NCBI GenBank assembly: GCA_021813945.1
Contig: JAKAJD010000001.1
Span: 206,115-270,114 of the forward strand
Reading direction: 5' to 3'
Length of the DNA stretch: 64,000 bases
Source of the DNA: a bacterium
Lineage (GTDB): Bacteria > Patescibacteriota > Microgenomatia > Curtissbacterales > GWA2-41-24
The notes beneath the pieces are model-generated. The model worked only from the letters and a program-made list of their open reading frames with translations, did not search any database and was not told where the DNA came from. Of this stretch, positions 47,856 to 58,675 are shown piece after piece. A program made the position numbers and the translations under genes. Numbering within the stretch: the stretch's first letter is position 1; each line of letters begins with the position of its first letter.

Positions 47856-49850
47856 ATGAAATTTGATCTAAAAGCAACATATAAACCAACCGGTGACCAG
47901 CCTCTAGCAATTGAGAAACTAGTTGATGGCCTAAGTAATAACTATCAACACCAAACGCTGCTTGGCGTAACTGGTTCCGGAAAAACTTTCACAGTTGCCA
48001 ATGTTATCCAAAAAATCCAAAAGCCAACGTTGGTTATCAGTCACAACAAGACGCTGGCAGCCCAACTCTACCAGGAATTCCGCGAATTCTTCCCAAACAA
48101 TGCGGTATGCTATTTCGTCTCTTATTACGACTATTACCAGCCCGAAGCCTATCTTCCCGCAACAGATACATATATAGAGAAAGAAACCGAGGTAAACGAG
48201 GAGATAGACAGGCTCAGGCTAGCAGCAACTACGGCACTTTCAACCAGAAACGACGTTATCGTAGTAGCTTCCGTCTCCGCAATCTACAATCTTGGGTCAC
48301 CTGAAGAATATAAAAACGCCCGCGTCGATCTAAAAGTCGGCCAGGCGTGGTCAAGACTCGACCTTCTCACAAATTTTGCCAGGCTTCAATATGAACGAAA
48401 CGATACGGATTTTGCCAGGGGAACCTACCGCGTCCGCGGCGAAAACGTAGAAATAATCCCTGCTTACGAAAATAATGGTTTAAGGCTCGCTTTCTCAAAC
48501 GATACAATCCGAAAAATAGAAACTATCCACCCCGTGACCGGGAAAATCATCAAGTCTCATGAAGCTTATGCCCTCTATCCGGCAAAGCATTATGTAACAG
48601 CTGATCCAACAAACGAAAACGTCATCTCCTCAATAAAAGACGAACTAAAAGCCCAGCTTAAATTCCTGGAATCAAAAGGGAAAGTTTTAGAAGCGCATCG
48701 CCTCAAACAACGTACGAACTACGATTTGGAAATGATAAAAACGCTGGGTTATTGCAAAGGTATCGAAAATTACTCCCGCTACTTTGACGGCAGAAAACCG
48801 GGCGAGGCACCATTTTCCCTAATTGAGCATTTTCCTAAAGATTATCTTTTAGTAATCGACGAGTCGCATATGACTATTCCTCAAATCCAGGGAATGTATA
48901 ACGGCGACCATGCCAGAAAAACCATGTTGGTTGATTTCGGCTTTCGGCTTCCGTCTGCATTCGACAACCGGCCGCTTAAGTTTGAAGAGTTTGCTCGCAG
49001 AATAAATCAGGCAATTTACACGTCGGCTACTCCGGCCCAATATGAAATATCCATATCAAACCAGGTAGTCGAGCAACTTATTCGTCCTACGGGATTAATA
49101 GATCCCCAAATATCTGTCCGCAAAACAGAAGGCCAGATAGAAGATCTAATAACAGAAATTGAAAAAAGAGTACAAAAACACCAACGGGTACTGGTCACCA
49201 CTCTCACAAAACGTATGGCCGAAGAACTTTCAAAATATCTCGAGGAAAAGAAAATTCGCGTAACCTACCTTCACAGCGAAATAGAAACACTAGACAGAAC
49301 GGATATTTTAGACGATCTTAGGCTTGGGAATTACGACGTTTTAGTTGGCATCAACCTTCTGCGCGAAGGTTTGGATCTTCCCGAAGTTACCCTCGTTGCC
49401 ATTCTAGACGCAGATAAAGAAGGTTTTCTCCGGTCGGAAACGTCACTTATCCAAACAATGGGCAGGGCTGCACGCCACGTAGACGGATCTGTAATTCTAT
49501 ATGCAGATACAGTCACCAAATCAATGGATAGAGCAATAAAAGAGGTCACAAGAAGAAGAAAAATCCAGATGGACTATAACGCCAAACACAACATCAAGCC
49601 CCGTTCAATCGAAAAACCTATCCGCGGAAAGCTAGTTGAGCGTCAAAAAGAAGAAGATAAAAAGCTAATCTACAGGGACACAGTAATAGCCAGTGTTATG
49701 GAAAGGGCCAAAGAAGGATCAATTTTACCTGAAGACAAAACAAAACTTATAAAATTTCTAAATCGCGAAATGAAATCAGCGGCCCGCGTCCTCGATTTCG
49801 AAAAAGCGGCGTATCTGCGTGATCAAATCATAGAACTCAAAACAAATTAG
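47856..49850 (+). CDS. uvrB: excinuclease ABC subunit B
   Basis: GVTGSGKTF Walker A, beta-hairpin and helicase motifs, and a C-terminal UVR domain (...AAYLRDQIIELK). Confidence 0.95.
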   Translation: MKFDLKATYKPTGDQPLAIEKLVDGLSNNYQHQTLLGVTGSGKTFTVANVIQKIQKPTLVISHNKTLAAQLYQEFREFFPNNAVCYFVSYYDYYQPEAYLPATDTYIEKETEVNEEIDRLRLAATTALSTRNDVIVVASVSAIYNLGSPEEYKNARVDLKVGQAWSRLDLLTNFARLQYERNDTDFARGTYRVRGENVEIIPAYENNGLRLAFSNDTIRKIETIHPVTGKIIKSHEAYALYPAKHYVTADPTNENVISSIKDELKAQLKFLESKGKVLEAHRLKQRTNYDLEMIKTLGYCKGIENYSRYFDGRKPGEAPFSLIEHFPKDYLLVIDESHMTIPQIQGMYNGDHARKTMLVDFGFRLPSAFDNRPLKFEEFARRINQAIYTSATPAQYEISISNQVVEQLIRPTGLIDPQISVRKTEGQIEDLITEIEKRVQKHQRVLVTTLTKRMAEELSKYLEEKKIRVTYLHSEIETLDRTDILDDLRLGNYDVLVGINLLREGLDLPEVTLVAILDADKEGFLRSETSLIQTMGRAARHVDGSVILYADTVTKSMDRAIKEVTRRRKIQMDYNAKHNIKPRSIEKPIRGKLVERQKEEDKKLIYRDTVIASVMERAKEGSILPEDKTKLIKFLNREMKSAARVLDFEKAAYLRDQIIELKTN

Positions 49851-49866
49851 CATCGGAAATTAAATT

Positions 49867-49876
49867 TGTGTATAAT
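49867..49876 (+). promoter_or_regulatory. TGTGTATAAT, a strong -10 (TG-extended-like) ahead of the unknown gene between uvrB and uvrA
   Basis: Read directly. It lies 8 nt upstream of ATG 49885. Confidence 0.4.
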
Positions 49877-49884
49877 TCCAACCC

Positions 49885-50712
49885 ATGCTGGAACGCTACG
49901 GCATAGAGTATAGCCCCGACGGCAAGCTTCAAAAGCTAGACGCCCAAAGAGCTTTTGAAGTTGTCAGAGAAGATATTAGTGGGCTCTTTCAAATCCAAAC
50001 ACATGGGGCGGTTGTTGAATTCACAAGTCCGGAGGGATACGCACAAAGACTCAGAGACTTACTTGCAGCAAGAAACATAACAGATCAAGCCGATATTGAC
50101 GCAACTGTTAAAAGAATTGGGGAAGCAACAGAGATAGGTGGTGTAACAGCCTACTGTGGAGATCTTGACTTAGCATTAGAATGGAGGCCCAGGTATATTA
50201 TCTTTTTAAGTAATGCGTCAAAAATAACACACTTACCAGCAATACTAGCAGAGGAAGTAACACACGGTGAACACGAAGCCTATATGATTGATGATGTGGG
50301 GATGTCGTACGCCGATTACCAAACATCTTTTCACGCAATCTCAAAAGAATTTTTGGGTTATCTTGGAAGAAAAAGGGTCATTGAGATTATCGGTCTGGAA
50401 GGCAGATATGGAACAACACTTGACGCATCAAGAGACTTAACGGAGAACGAGTGGTCACACTTTATTGGTTACTGGATTGCAGACGACCTCTTAGATAAAG
50501 GCAAAAAGTTACCTTATAGAGAACTTTTCCACGCAACAAGCGAAGAAGAAATGTGGCATATTTTAAAAACAGCAATGGGAGATGATTTCAACTTTACCTT
50601 AAATTTTGCGGAGAATTTAAATTACGAGAAACTACAAGAAGCGCTAAATTCTATAATAAGGAGAAATAAAGCGGCCGATTATATAAAGCTCAACTTCAGG
50701 CAGATAAATTAA
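49885..50712 (+). CDS. hypothetical protein (275 aa) inserted between uvrB and uvrA
   Basis: ORF with good coding texture. No TM helices. Contains ...ITHLPAILAEEVTHGEHEAYMIDD... No recognisable family. Confidence 0.5.
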   Translation: MLERYGIEYSPDGKLQKLDAQRAFEVVREDISGLFQIQTHGAVVEFTSPEGYAQRLRDLLAARNITDQADIDATVKRIGEATEIGGVTAYCGDLDLALEWRPRYIIFLSNASKITHLPAILAEEVTHGEHEAYMIDDVGMSYADYQTSFHAISKEFLGYLGRKRVIEIIGLEGRYGTTLDASRDLTENEWSHFIGYWIADDLLDKGKKLPYRELFHATSEEEMWHILKTAMGDDFNFTLNFAENLNYEKLQEALNSIIRRNKAADYIKLNFRQIN

Positions 50713-50869
50713 CCGGAAAATCAATTTCTATGTCAGGTTTAATCACTTGAACAAATCTTGCCAAAGGTGATAAAATTTTCCCTCAGTGTACTAATCTTGT
50801 TTCGGTAAATATTCGGGTTTACACTGAAAAGCATCGACGAAGTGTTGCCTTATAAATTGAAATGTTCAT

Positions 50870-53755
50870 ATGGACAAAATAATCATAAAAGGTGCAAGGG
50901 AAAACAACCTTAAAAATTTAAGCGTTGAAATCCCAAAAAATAAGCTGATTGTCTTCACCGGCATTTCCGGTTCAGGTAAATCATCTTTGGCTTTCGACAC
51001 AATCTACGCAGAAGGCCAACGCCGTTACGTCGAATCGTTAGCCTCGTACGCTCGTCAGTTTCTTGGTGTGATGGACAAACCCGACGTTGACTCAATTGAA
51101 GGCCTTTCCCCAGCAATCTCGATCGATCAAAAATCAACTTCCCATAACCCTCGTTCAACTGTAGGTACAGTCACGGAAATTTACGACTACCTTAGACTTT
51201 TATTCGCAAGAGTTGGTCATCCACATTGCCCGATTTGCGGGCGTGAAATTGCCCATCAGTCTGCAGCACAAATAGTCGACGAAATTCAAAAATTACCACA
51301 ACAGACAGGTTCTAAAAACTTTAAAATCTTGCTTCTTTCTCCTGTTGTCAAAGACCGCAAAGGAGAATTCACACAACTTTTCAGGGATCTTTTGAAAAAG
51401 GGCTACCGCGAAGCCAGAATCGACGGTCAAATTAGAGAAATCGATGAAGATTTTACCCTCATCAAAACTAACAAACATACAATAGAAGTAGTTATGGATA
51501 GGCTGATAATCCCTGCGGAAAAGCAGCGCCTTTCTCAGTCAGTCGAGCAAGCGCTGAAGTTATCAGAAGGATCCCTTATAGCCTCTGAGATCCTAGATAA
51601 AAGCTTCGAAATTCAGAAATATCCCAAAGAGTTAAAGGACCATCTTTTTTCCGAAAAATTCACTTGTCCTGTAGATAACATTTCTTTGCCAGAAATAGAA
51701 CCTAGATCATTTTCTTTTAATTCACCTCATGGCGCCTGTCCAAAATGTAATGGCTTAGGGGCAATTAAGAAAGTCGATCCTAAATTGGTCATCAATCCAA
51801 ACCTAACCATAGCAGAAGGCGCAATACTTCCTTGGGCAAGGATAGTTGGAAGCGATTCATGGTCCTGGAGGGTGTTAGAAACAGTCTGCAAAGAAAACAA
51901 CATAAACATAAACATCCCTTTCCGTGACCTAAATCAAAGCGCTCGAGAGCAAATCTTAAACGGTACAGGCGATAAGCTTTATCGAATCAAGGGCCCAAAC
52001 AGGTTTGGCAAAATCGTGACTTGGGATAGCAATTTTGAAGGCGTAACAGAAAACATTGAGAATAAATATTCCCAGACAGAATCAGATTTCGTCAGGCGCG
52101 AAATTGAACGTTTTATGAGGCAAGAAGAATGTGAAACTTGCGTGGGAACCAGGCTCAAGCCGGAAGCACTTTCGGTGACAATCGAGAAAAGATCGATAGC
52201 TGACATCTCGCTCCTGAGCATACAGGATTTCTTTGCTTGGTTAGAAAAACTCCAAAAGAACGAAACAAATATTCTGTCAGAACGAGAAGCCCTGATTGCC
52301 AAACCTATCTTAAAAGAGCTGATAGCTCGAACAAAGTTTCTTGTCGACGTAGGTTTAGATTACCTAACAATTGCCAGGTCGGCTGTAACCTTGGCCGGTG
52401 GGGAAGCACAACGCATTCGTCTGGCGTCACAAATTGGATCTGGTCTTTCAGGCGTTTTATATGTTTTGGACGAGCCCTCAATTGGCCTTCACCAAAGAGA
52501 CAATCAACGCCTTATATCAACATTAAAAAAACTTCGCGATTTGGAAAACACGGTTATTGTAGTCGAACACGATAGCGAAATGATGTTTGCATCCGATGAA
52601 ATTTTGGATTTCGGACCTGGTGCGGGCGAACACGGGGGGCAGATAATTTCTCAAGGTTCCCCTCAAGCGATAACTAAGGACACAAATTCTTTAACTGGAA
52701 AATATCTATCTGGCAAAAAGGAAATCAAGCTGCCTAAAAGACGCATTGTTTCCAAAAGCGGCTTAGCGCTAGATCTTATAGGTGCAAAAGAACACAACCT
52801 CAAAGATATAGACGTGACATTTCCCCTGGGAAATTTAATTTGTGTAACAGGTGTATCTGGATCTGGCAAGTCGACATTAATCCATGACGTTTTGTATAAC
52901 GCGATAGCTGCCGAACTATACACGTCAAAAGACAAACCAGGTGCTTATAAGTCACTAAGGGGCTTAGAAAATGTTGATAAAGTGATTCTTATAGATCAGT
53001 CACCAATTGGCAGGACACCACGCTCTAATCCTGCGACCTATACCGGTGCCTTTACGCATATTCGCGAACTGTTTTCTCAAACAACGGACGCTCGAATCCG
53101 CGGCTACAACCCCGGACGATTTTCTTTTAACGTCAAAGGTGGCCGCTGCGAAGCTTGCGAAGGTGAAGGCCAGGTAAAAATAGAAATGCAATTTCTTCCA
53201 GACGTTTATGTTGATTGTGAAGTATGCGGGGGCAAAAGGTATAACGAAGAAGCCCTAGAGGTTCATTACAAAGGGAAAAATATCTCAGAAGTTCTCCAAA
53301 TGACAGTGGAAACCGCTTTAGAGTTTTTCCAAAACATTCCGCAAATTAAACAAAAACTGGAAACAATAAACGATGTAGGTCTTTCTTATATCCATTTAGG
53401 CCAGCCTGCGCCAACACTCTCTGGCGGGGAGGCTCAACGGGTAAAACTGGCAACCGAGCTATCCAAAAAGGCAACAGGCAGAACTATTTATATTTTAGAC
53501 GAACCAACAACCGGGCTTCATTTTGCCGATATCGAGAGGCTGCTCAAGATTTTGGATAGATTAGTTTCAACAGGGAACACTGTTATAGTCATTGAACATA
53601 ACATGGATATAATTGCCAATGCAGATTGGATAATCGATTTAGGACCGGAAGGCGGAAACAATGGCGGCCAGGTAATTGCAGAGGCAACACCGCAAGATTT
53701 GGCTAAAATTCCTGCGTCTTATACAGGGCAATTTCTCAAAAAGTATCGCACTTGA
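50870..53755 (+). CDS. uvrA: excinuclease ABC subunit A
   Basis: Two ABC ATPase modules ([12 protein letters not shown] and [10 protein letters not shown]), LSGGEAQR signature motifs and Zn-finger Cys clusters. Confidence 0.95.
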   Translation: MDKIIIKGARENNLKNLSVEIPKNKLIVFTGISGSGKSSLAFDTIYAEGQRRYVESLASYARQFLGVMDKPDVDSIEGLSPAISIDQKSTSHNPRSTVGTVTEIYDYLRLLFARVGHPHCPICGREIAHQSAAQIVDEIQKLPQQTGSKNFKILLLSPVVKDRKGEFTQLFRDLLKKGYREARIDGQIREIDEDFTLIKTNKHTIEVVMDRLIIPAEKQRLSQSVEQALKLSEGSLIASEILDKSFEIQKYPKELKDHLFSEKFTCPVDNISLPEIEPRSFSFNSPHGACPKCNGLGAIKKVDPKLVINPNLTIAEGAILPWARIVGSDSWSWRVLETVCKENNININIPFRDLNQSAREQILNGTGDKLYRIKGPNRFGKIVTWDSNFEGVTENIENKYSQTESDFVRREIERFMRQEECETCVGTRLKPEALSVTIEKRSIADISLLSIQDFFAWLEKLQKNETNILSEREALIAKPILKELIARTKFLVDVGLDYLTIARSAVTLAGGEAQRIRLASQIGSGLSGVLYVLDEPSIGLHQRDNQRLISTLKKLRDLENTVIVVEHDSEMMFASDEILDFGPGAGEHGGQIISQGSPQAITKDTNSLTGKYLSGKKEIKLPKRRIVSKSGLALDLIGAKEHNLKDIDVTFPLGNLICVTGVSGSGKSTLIHDVLYNAIAAELYTSKDKPGAYKSLRGLENVDKVILIDQSPIGRTPRSNPATYTGAFTHIRELFSQTTDARIRGYNPGRFSFNVKGGRCEACEGEGQVKIEMQFLPDVYVDCEVCGGKRYNEEALEVHYKGKNISEVLQMTVETALEFFQNIPQIKQKLETINDVGLSYIHLGQPAPTLSGGEAQRVKLATELSKKATGRTIYILDEPTTGLHFADIERLLKILDRLVSTGNTVIVIEHNMDIIANADWIIDLGPEGGNNGGQVIAEATPQDLAKIPASYTGQFLKKYRT

Positions 53756-53787
53756 CACGTTAAAGCCAAAAACAGATACTTAACACT

Positions 53788-55665
53788 GTGAAATCGCTTG
53801 CCCGATTTTTACTGATCCTCCCGCTTTTCTTGCTGTTTACTTATTGCTTTCCAAAGCCTGCATATGCCGAAGGTGAATTTCAAACAGATTATCAGGTCAA
53901 CTACCAAGTAGGAACTGATGGAAAAACCGATGTTACCCAAAACATTACATTAACCAATAAAACTGCCAATTATTATGCAGATAAATTTGAACTGAAAATC
54001 GGTTCAACTAAAGTTACAAACGTAAAAGCTTCGGACGATGCTGGCAATCTAGAAACTAAGGTAAATTTTGACAATAACGTTACAACAATAGCGGTAAAGT
54101 TTAATCAAAGAGTCATAGGTGAGGGTAAAAAACTAAGTTGGAATCTTTCTTATTCATCCAACGAATTGGCAACAAAATCCGGCCAAATTTGGGAAATATC
54201 AATCCCAAGACTGGCATCATCGCAAGATATGGGAAACTATAATGCAACATTGGCAATCCCGCGAATTTTTGGGCCAATGGCTTTCACTACCCCAACACCC
54301 ATATCGACTCAGCAAAAGTCACAATCCCAGGAATTCGCATTCACAAAAGATCAGCTTTTGCAATCAGGAATTTCAATGTCCTTTGGAGAAAAACAAGTAT
54401 TTGCCTTTAAACTCAATTACTATCTCCAAAATAACAATGTAACATCACAAACATCAACAATCACACTTCCACCTGATAACAATTACCAGAAGATTGTTTT
54501 AGAAAAAATAGACCCGAAGCCTCAAGATGTAACAGTAGATGAAGACGGAAACTTTATCGCAAAGTATAAGCTTTCACCAAAGCAAAAATTAAATATTACA
54601 ACGCAAGGTTATGTAGAAGTTTTTTCCAAGCCATTCAGAAATATCGACTCACTGAATCAAGATCAGAAAAACGAATATCTGCAGCCGCAAAGATATTGGG
54701 AAACAGATAACGGTTTTATTAAAGACAAAGCAAACGAGCTTAAAACCCCCAAGCAAATATACAATTTTGTTTCATCATACCTTAGCTATAGCAACGACCG
54801 TCTTGCCCAGCAAACCATAGAAAGGAAAGGGGCAGCTGCTGCAATCCAGACACCCAAAGATTCAATTTGTATGGAATTTACAGATTTGTTTATTGCCATA
54901 GCAAGAGCTGCAAAAATTCCGGCCCGAGAAGTCGAAGGTTATGCCTTCACCCAAAATGAGCGCCTTAGACCGCTTTCGCTGACATTAAACAGTGGTGATG
55001 TACTTCATGCCTGGCCAGAATATTGGGATGACAACTTAGGGTGGGTTCAAGTAGACCCGACTTGGGGGTCAACTTCTGGTGGCTTGGATTACTTCAATAA
55101 ATTAGATTTTAATCACATAACATTTATCCAAAGGGGCATTTCATCAACAGATCCCCAACCGGCAGGTGCTTTTAAAGATAAAACAAAGCTCAATCAAAAA
55201 AGCGTTGATGTTTCTTTTGCTGAAGATCTACCCACGCCAACCTCAAGCGTCCAACTGCAACTTCTTACTCCCGAAACAATCTATTCCGGTATACCAACTA
55301 CAGTTACAGCCAACCTTATTAATTCTGGCTCGACGTCGATTATCAAGCAAAAACTCACCCTTAACTCGCAGATTTTGTCAATTACATCGCAAAACCCGCT
55401 TCTTATCAACTTGCTTCCGCCGTTTGCAAATAGAAACGTCAAGTTTGATGTGGAAACTAAAGGGAAGCTTAATCAGCAAAGAGATAATCTGATTGCCGGA
55501 TTTGCTGACTCACAAATTTCCAAACCAATACTCATAAAACCGATTTACGAAATAGCCTATTCATTGCCTTTTTTGGCATCACTACCCATTGCAATAGCAT
55601 TACTATATTTAGGCTTGCGATTTTACAATAAGCATCACAAGAAATACCGCAGAGCACAATATTAA
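53788..55665 (+). CDS. secreted, C-terminally membrane-anchored transglutaminase-like cysteine protease domain protein
   Basis: Signal peptide (LLILPLFLLFTYCFPKPAYA). Transglutaminase-core triad context: DSICMEFTDLF (Cys), LHAWPEYW (His), VQVDPTWG (Asp). C-terminal TM LPIAIALLYLGL plus a basic tail. Confidence 0.75.
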   Translation: MKSLARFLLILPLFLLFTYCFPKPAYAEGEFQTDYQVNYQVGTDGKTDVTQNITLTNKTANYYADKFELKIGSTKVTNVKASDDAGNLETKVNFDNNVTTIAVKFNQRVIGEGKKLSWNLSYSSNELATKSGQIWEISIPRLASSQDMGNYNATLAIPRIFGPMAFTTPTPISTQQKSQSQEFAFTKDQLLQSGISMSFGEKQVFAFKLNYYLQNNNVTSQTSTITLPPDNNYQKIVLEKIDPKPQDVTVDEDGNFIAKYKLSPKQKLNITTQGYVEVFSKPFRNIDSLNQDQKNEYLQPQRYWETDNGFIKDKANELKTPKQIYNFVSSYLSYSNDRLAQQTIERKGAAAAIQTPKDSICMEFTDLFIAIARAAKIPAREVEGYAFTQNERLRPLSLTLNSGDVLHAWPEYWDDNLGWVQVDPTWGSTSGGLDYFNKLDFNHITFIQRGISSTDPQPAGAFKDKTKLNQKSVDVSFAEDLPTPTSSVQLQLLTPETIYSGIPTTVTANLINSGSTSIIKQKLTLNSQILSITSQNPLLINLLPPFANRNVKFDVETKGKLNQQRDNLIAGFADSQISKPILIKPIYEIAYSLPFLASLPIAIALLYLGLRFYNKHHKKYRRAQY

Positions 55666-55670
55666 CCTAT

Positions 55671-56954
55671 TTGTTACAATGCAAGGCTGTGAAGACTCTT
55701 GCAGAGAAGATTAAAAAACTCCCTAACACACCAGGGATTTACCAGTTTCTCTCGAAAGACAAAAAAATTATCTACGTCGGAAAATCTGTTTCGATCAAAA
55801 AACGCGTAGGTTCCTATTTTAACAACAAAAATTTAGGCCCTAAAACCGATATGCTCGTTAAAAATATTGCCGACGTAAAAACGATAAAGGTTTTTTCCGA
55901 ATTTGAAGCTTTAATGCTTGAATCGGAACTTATAAGAACCAATATGCCCTTTTACAACGTAATTGCCAAAGACGACAAAAGTCCAATTTACATCAAAATT
56001 GAAGGTGAGATTCCAATTATAAGCCTATCAAGAAAGGTAAAACCGCAACGGGGGGTATTTGTAAAAGGGCCTTTTCCGTCAGCAAAAGCCACAAAAGACG
56101 TTCTGAAAATCGTAAGAAAAGTTTTTCCATATTGCCAGCACAAAAACCCCAAGAAACCTTGTCTATACGTTCACCTAGGTCTATGCCCGTACCCATATAA
56201 AGACGCTGCGACGAAAATCGAATATAAAAAAACAGTCGATCGAATTAAAAAGCTTTTATCTGGTAAAAGTAAAAAGCTTATCCGAGAACTTTCTTCAGAA
56301 ATGCAACAAGCATCTAAAAAACTTGATTATGAAAAGGCAGCAAAAATTAAAAAACAGATTCAAAACCTTGAATATTTGGCTACTGTTTTTCACACCCCAA
56401 GAGAATTCCTGGAAAAACCAACACTTGTAGACGACTTAGCTTTAATAAGGTTAAAAGATTTAAAAGCGAAACTTAATTTGAAAAAGCTCCCTAGAAGGAT
56501 TGAATGCTACGACATTTCAAATTTGCAGGGTAAGCTTGCAACGGGATCGATGGTTGTATTTATAAACGGGGCAGTAGAAAAATCAGAGTACAGGCGTTTT
56601 AGAATAAAATTTTCAAACAAGCCGAACGATTATCAAATGCTTCAGGAAGTTATCACAAGGCGCCTTAAAAATTCTTGGCCTCAACCTGACTTAATGATCA
56701 TAGATGGTGGAAGAGGTCAACTAAATGCGGCGCTTTCAATACTTGCAAAATTTAAAAGTGGCGATATTCAGGTTGCATCCCTTGCGAAACGGCTGGAGCA
56801 GATATTCATTCCGGACAAAATATTACCAATTGCCCTTCCTAAGGAAAGCCCTGCGAGACAACTCGCACAAGCAGTTCGTGACGAAGCACATCGATTCGCC
56901 ATAACTTACCATAGACACTTAAGATCTAAAGCTTTCCTAAGCCGAATAACTTGA
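55671..56954 (+). CDS. uvrC: excinuclease ABC subunit C (short form lacking the C-terminal HhH region)
   Basis: GIY-YIG (PGIYQF...IIYVGKS...KRVGSYF), UvrB-interacting UVR-like segment, and an Endonuclease-V-like domain (MIIDGGRGQL). The start is TTG 55671 or GTG 55689. Confidence 0.8.
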   Translation: MLQCKAVKTLAEKIKKLPNTPGIYQFLSKDKKIIYVGKSVSIKKRVGSYFNNKNLGPKTDMLVKNIADVKTIKVFSEFEALMLESELIRTNMPFYNVIAKDDKSPIYIKIEGEIPIISLSRKVKPQRGVFVKGPFPSAKATKDVLKIVRKVFPYCQHKNPKKPCLYVHLGLCPYPYKDAATKIEYKKTVDRIKKLLSGKSKKLIRELSSEMQQASKKLDYEKAAKIKKQIQNLEYLATVFHTPREFLEKPTLVDDLALIRLKDLKAKLNLKKLPRRIECYDISNLQGKLATGSMVVFINGAVEKSEYRRFRIKFSNKPNDYQMLQEVITRRLKNSWPQPDLMIIDGGRGQLNAALSILAKFKSGDIQVASLAKRLEQIFIPDKILPIALPKESPARQLAQAVRDEAHRFAITYHRHLRSKAFLSRIT

Positions 56955-57000
56955 AAACCGTAAGATAAAATGCCAAAATCAGATGTGATCGCCTGTCCTT

Positions 57001-57402
57001 ATGCGCCATTACATAAAGTCTCTCTTAATCGCCATTGCCTCGGTCTATACAACCATTAACATATTCCCAGTTGTAGGGTTAGGCGCGAATCCAAAAAACC
57101 TTGTTCTTCTTATAGGCGGTTTTTGGCTAATAACACTTCTTATAAATCCTATTTTTTCAATCGTTTTTCTACCTATAAATATTTTAACTTTTGGCCTTGT
57201 TTCTGCAATTTTAAATATAGCTTTTCTATTTGCTCTAATGACCTTTCTTCCCGGTTTTCATATAAAAGCTTACACTTTTCCCGGTGCCACCATAAATGGA
57301 GTGATTTTACCGGCGGTTCATCTAAATCAGGTACTAACCATAGCTGCTATTGCCATCTCAATTACCATTTTACAAAAAATTCTCCACATAATTTTTGAGT
57401 AA
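57001..57402 (+). CDS. DUF360/YvlD-like 4-TM membrane protein ('phage holin family 4'-type)
   Basis: 133 aa, four predicted TM helices. Composition and pattern typical of this family. Confidence 0.5.
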   Translation: MRHYIKSLLIAIASVYTTINIFPVVGLGANPKNLVLLIGGFWLITLLINPIFSIVFLPINILTFGLVSAILNIAFLFALMTFLPGFHIKAYTFPGATINGVILPAVHLNQVLTIAAIAISITILQKILHIIFE

Positions 57403-57452
57403 GCAGAAAATATGCTCGACATAAAGTCAATTTTAGGTTAATATACCCAACA

Positions 57453-58448
57453 ATGTTTAGAAAATTTCTAAAACATTACTTCGAAATTCCAGAAGAAAAA
57501 AGTGCTATAACCTGCCTGGGTGGAGGCGTTGGCACCGCTCAAATCCTAAAAGGCCTAAGGGATCTGGATCTCGATATCACTGCTATAGTTTCGATGGCAG
57601 ACGACGGTGGTTCTGCAGGCAGGCTGCGGCGGGCATTTGCCGTTCCTCCTCCCGGTGATTTAATCAACTGCCTTGCTGCACTTTCGGAAGAAGAATCGGT
57701 AATCCGTGACCTCTTTTTGTATCGCTTCGAGGGTAAACGTTACGGTAAAGACACAGATTTAGGCGGTCAAAAACTCGGAAATTTAATTTTCGTTGCCTTA
57801 ACACATATTTACAAGGGTAATACCGAAAGGGCTCTTGAAGAACTTTCTAAAATCATCTCCTCTACAGGCAGGGTTCTTCCTGCAACAAAAGGCGATGTTA
57901 ATATTTGGGCAAAAACCCAAGAAGGCAAAAAAATATTCGGTGAAAAAAACATCGATTTCGGCAAATACAATGGCACAAGAACCCTAACTGAAGTCCATCT
58001 TAGCCCAGAATCACCTACAGCCTATAAACCATCTGTTGACGCAATTGCTGCTTCACAAGTATTAATCGCCGGGCCTGGCGACCTTTTCAGCACAGTTTTG
58101 CCAGTCCTTATAGTTCCCCAAATTAAAAAAGCAATCACGGCCTCTTTTGCGAAAAAACTTTTTATTGTCAATATTGCAAATAAGCCCTTTGAAACATCAG
58201 GCTTTAGCGTTTCGGATTACTTAAAAGCTCTAAAACACAATTTAGGTGCAAATATCTTTGACGCCGTTCTTGTAAATACTAACTACACTCCAAAAATCCC
58301 AAGCAAACTTAACTACTCTTATGTAAAATATGATAAAGAGAAGGTCGCGGATTATAATCTAAGGATAATTGAGGGAGATTTTGTTAAAGCAGATTTTCCT
58401 CTTTACCACGATCCGATAAAAGTGGCAAAAGCCATTGAAGATCTATGA
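57453..58448 (+). CDS. yvcK: YvcK/CofD-like (UPF0052) gluconeogenesis-factor family protein
   Basis: ITCLGGGVGTAQILKGLRDL...IVSMADDGGSAGRLRR...PPGDLINCL. Confidence 0.85.
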   Translation: MFRKFLKHYFEIPEEKSAITCLGGGVGTAQILKGLRDLDLDITAIVSMADDGGSAGRLRRAFAVPPPGDLINCLAALSEEESVIRDLFLYRFEGKRYGKDTDLGGQKLGNLIFVALTHIYKGNTERALEELSKIISSTGRVLPATKGDVNIWAKTQEGKKIFGEKNIDFGKYNGTRTLTEVHLSPESPTAYKPSVDAIAASQVLIAGPGDLFSTVLPVLIVPQIKKAITASFAKKLFIVNIANKPFETSGFSVSDYLKALKHNLGANIFDAVLVNTNYTPKIPSKLNYSYVKYDKEKVADYNLRIIEGDFVKADFPLYHDPIKVAKAIEDL

Positions 58449-58455
58449 AAAATTT

Positions 58456-58671
58456 ATGAAAACTTTCCTATTAATCTTACAACTTGTGGTATCGATCAGC
58501 CTGATAACACTTATTCTTTTACAATCAAAGGGATCAGGGCTCGGTTCGGTTTTTGGAGGTTCGGGTGGCGTTTATCGTTCAAAAAGAGGGATCGAAAAAC
58601 TTTTCGTATATTTAACTGTAATTTTTGCCTTTTTGTTTTTTCTGATTTCAGTCCTTCAAATTTTAATTTAG
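58456..58671 (+). CDS. secG: preprotein translocase subunit SecG
   Basis: LILQLVVSISLITLILLQSKGSGLGSVFGGSGG is the SecG signature. ATG at 58456 is preferred over 58435, which overlaps yvcK. Confidence 0.8.
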   Translation: MKTFLLILQLVVSISLITLILLQSKGSGLGSVFGGSGGVYRSKRGIEKLFVYLTVIFAFLFFLISVLQILI

Positions 58672-58675
58672 ATAA

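Noticed and set aside
57123-57398. Alternative-frame 91-aa ORF inside the DUF360 gene.
   Set aside because: It is Cys/Ser/Phe-rich random-frame sequence. The hydrophobic 4-TM frame is clearly the real one.
57001-57402. A 'phage holin'-type gene as evidence of a prophage.
   Set aside because: DUF360/YvlD proteins are common chromosomal membrane proteins. No integrase, capsid, terminase or other phage genes are nearby.
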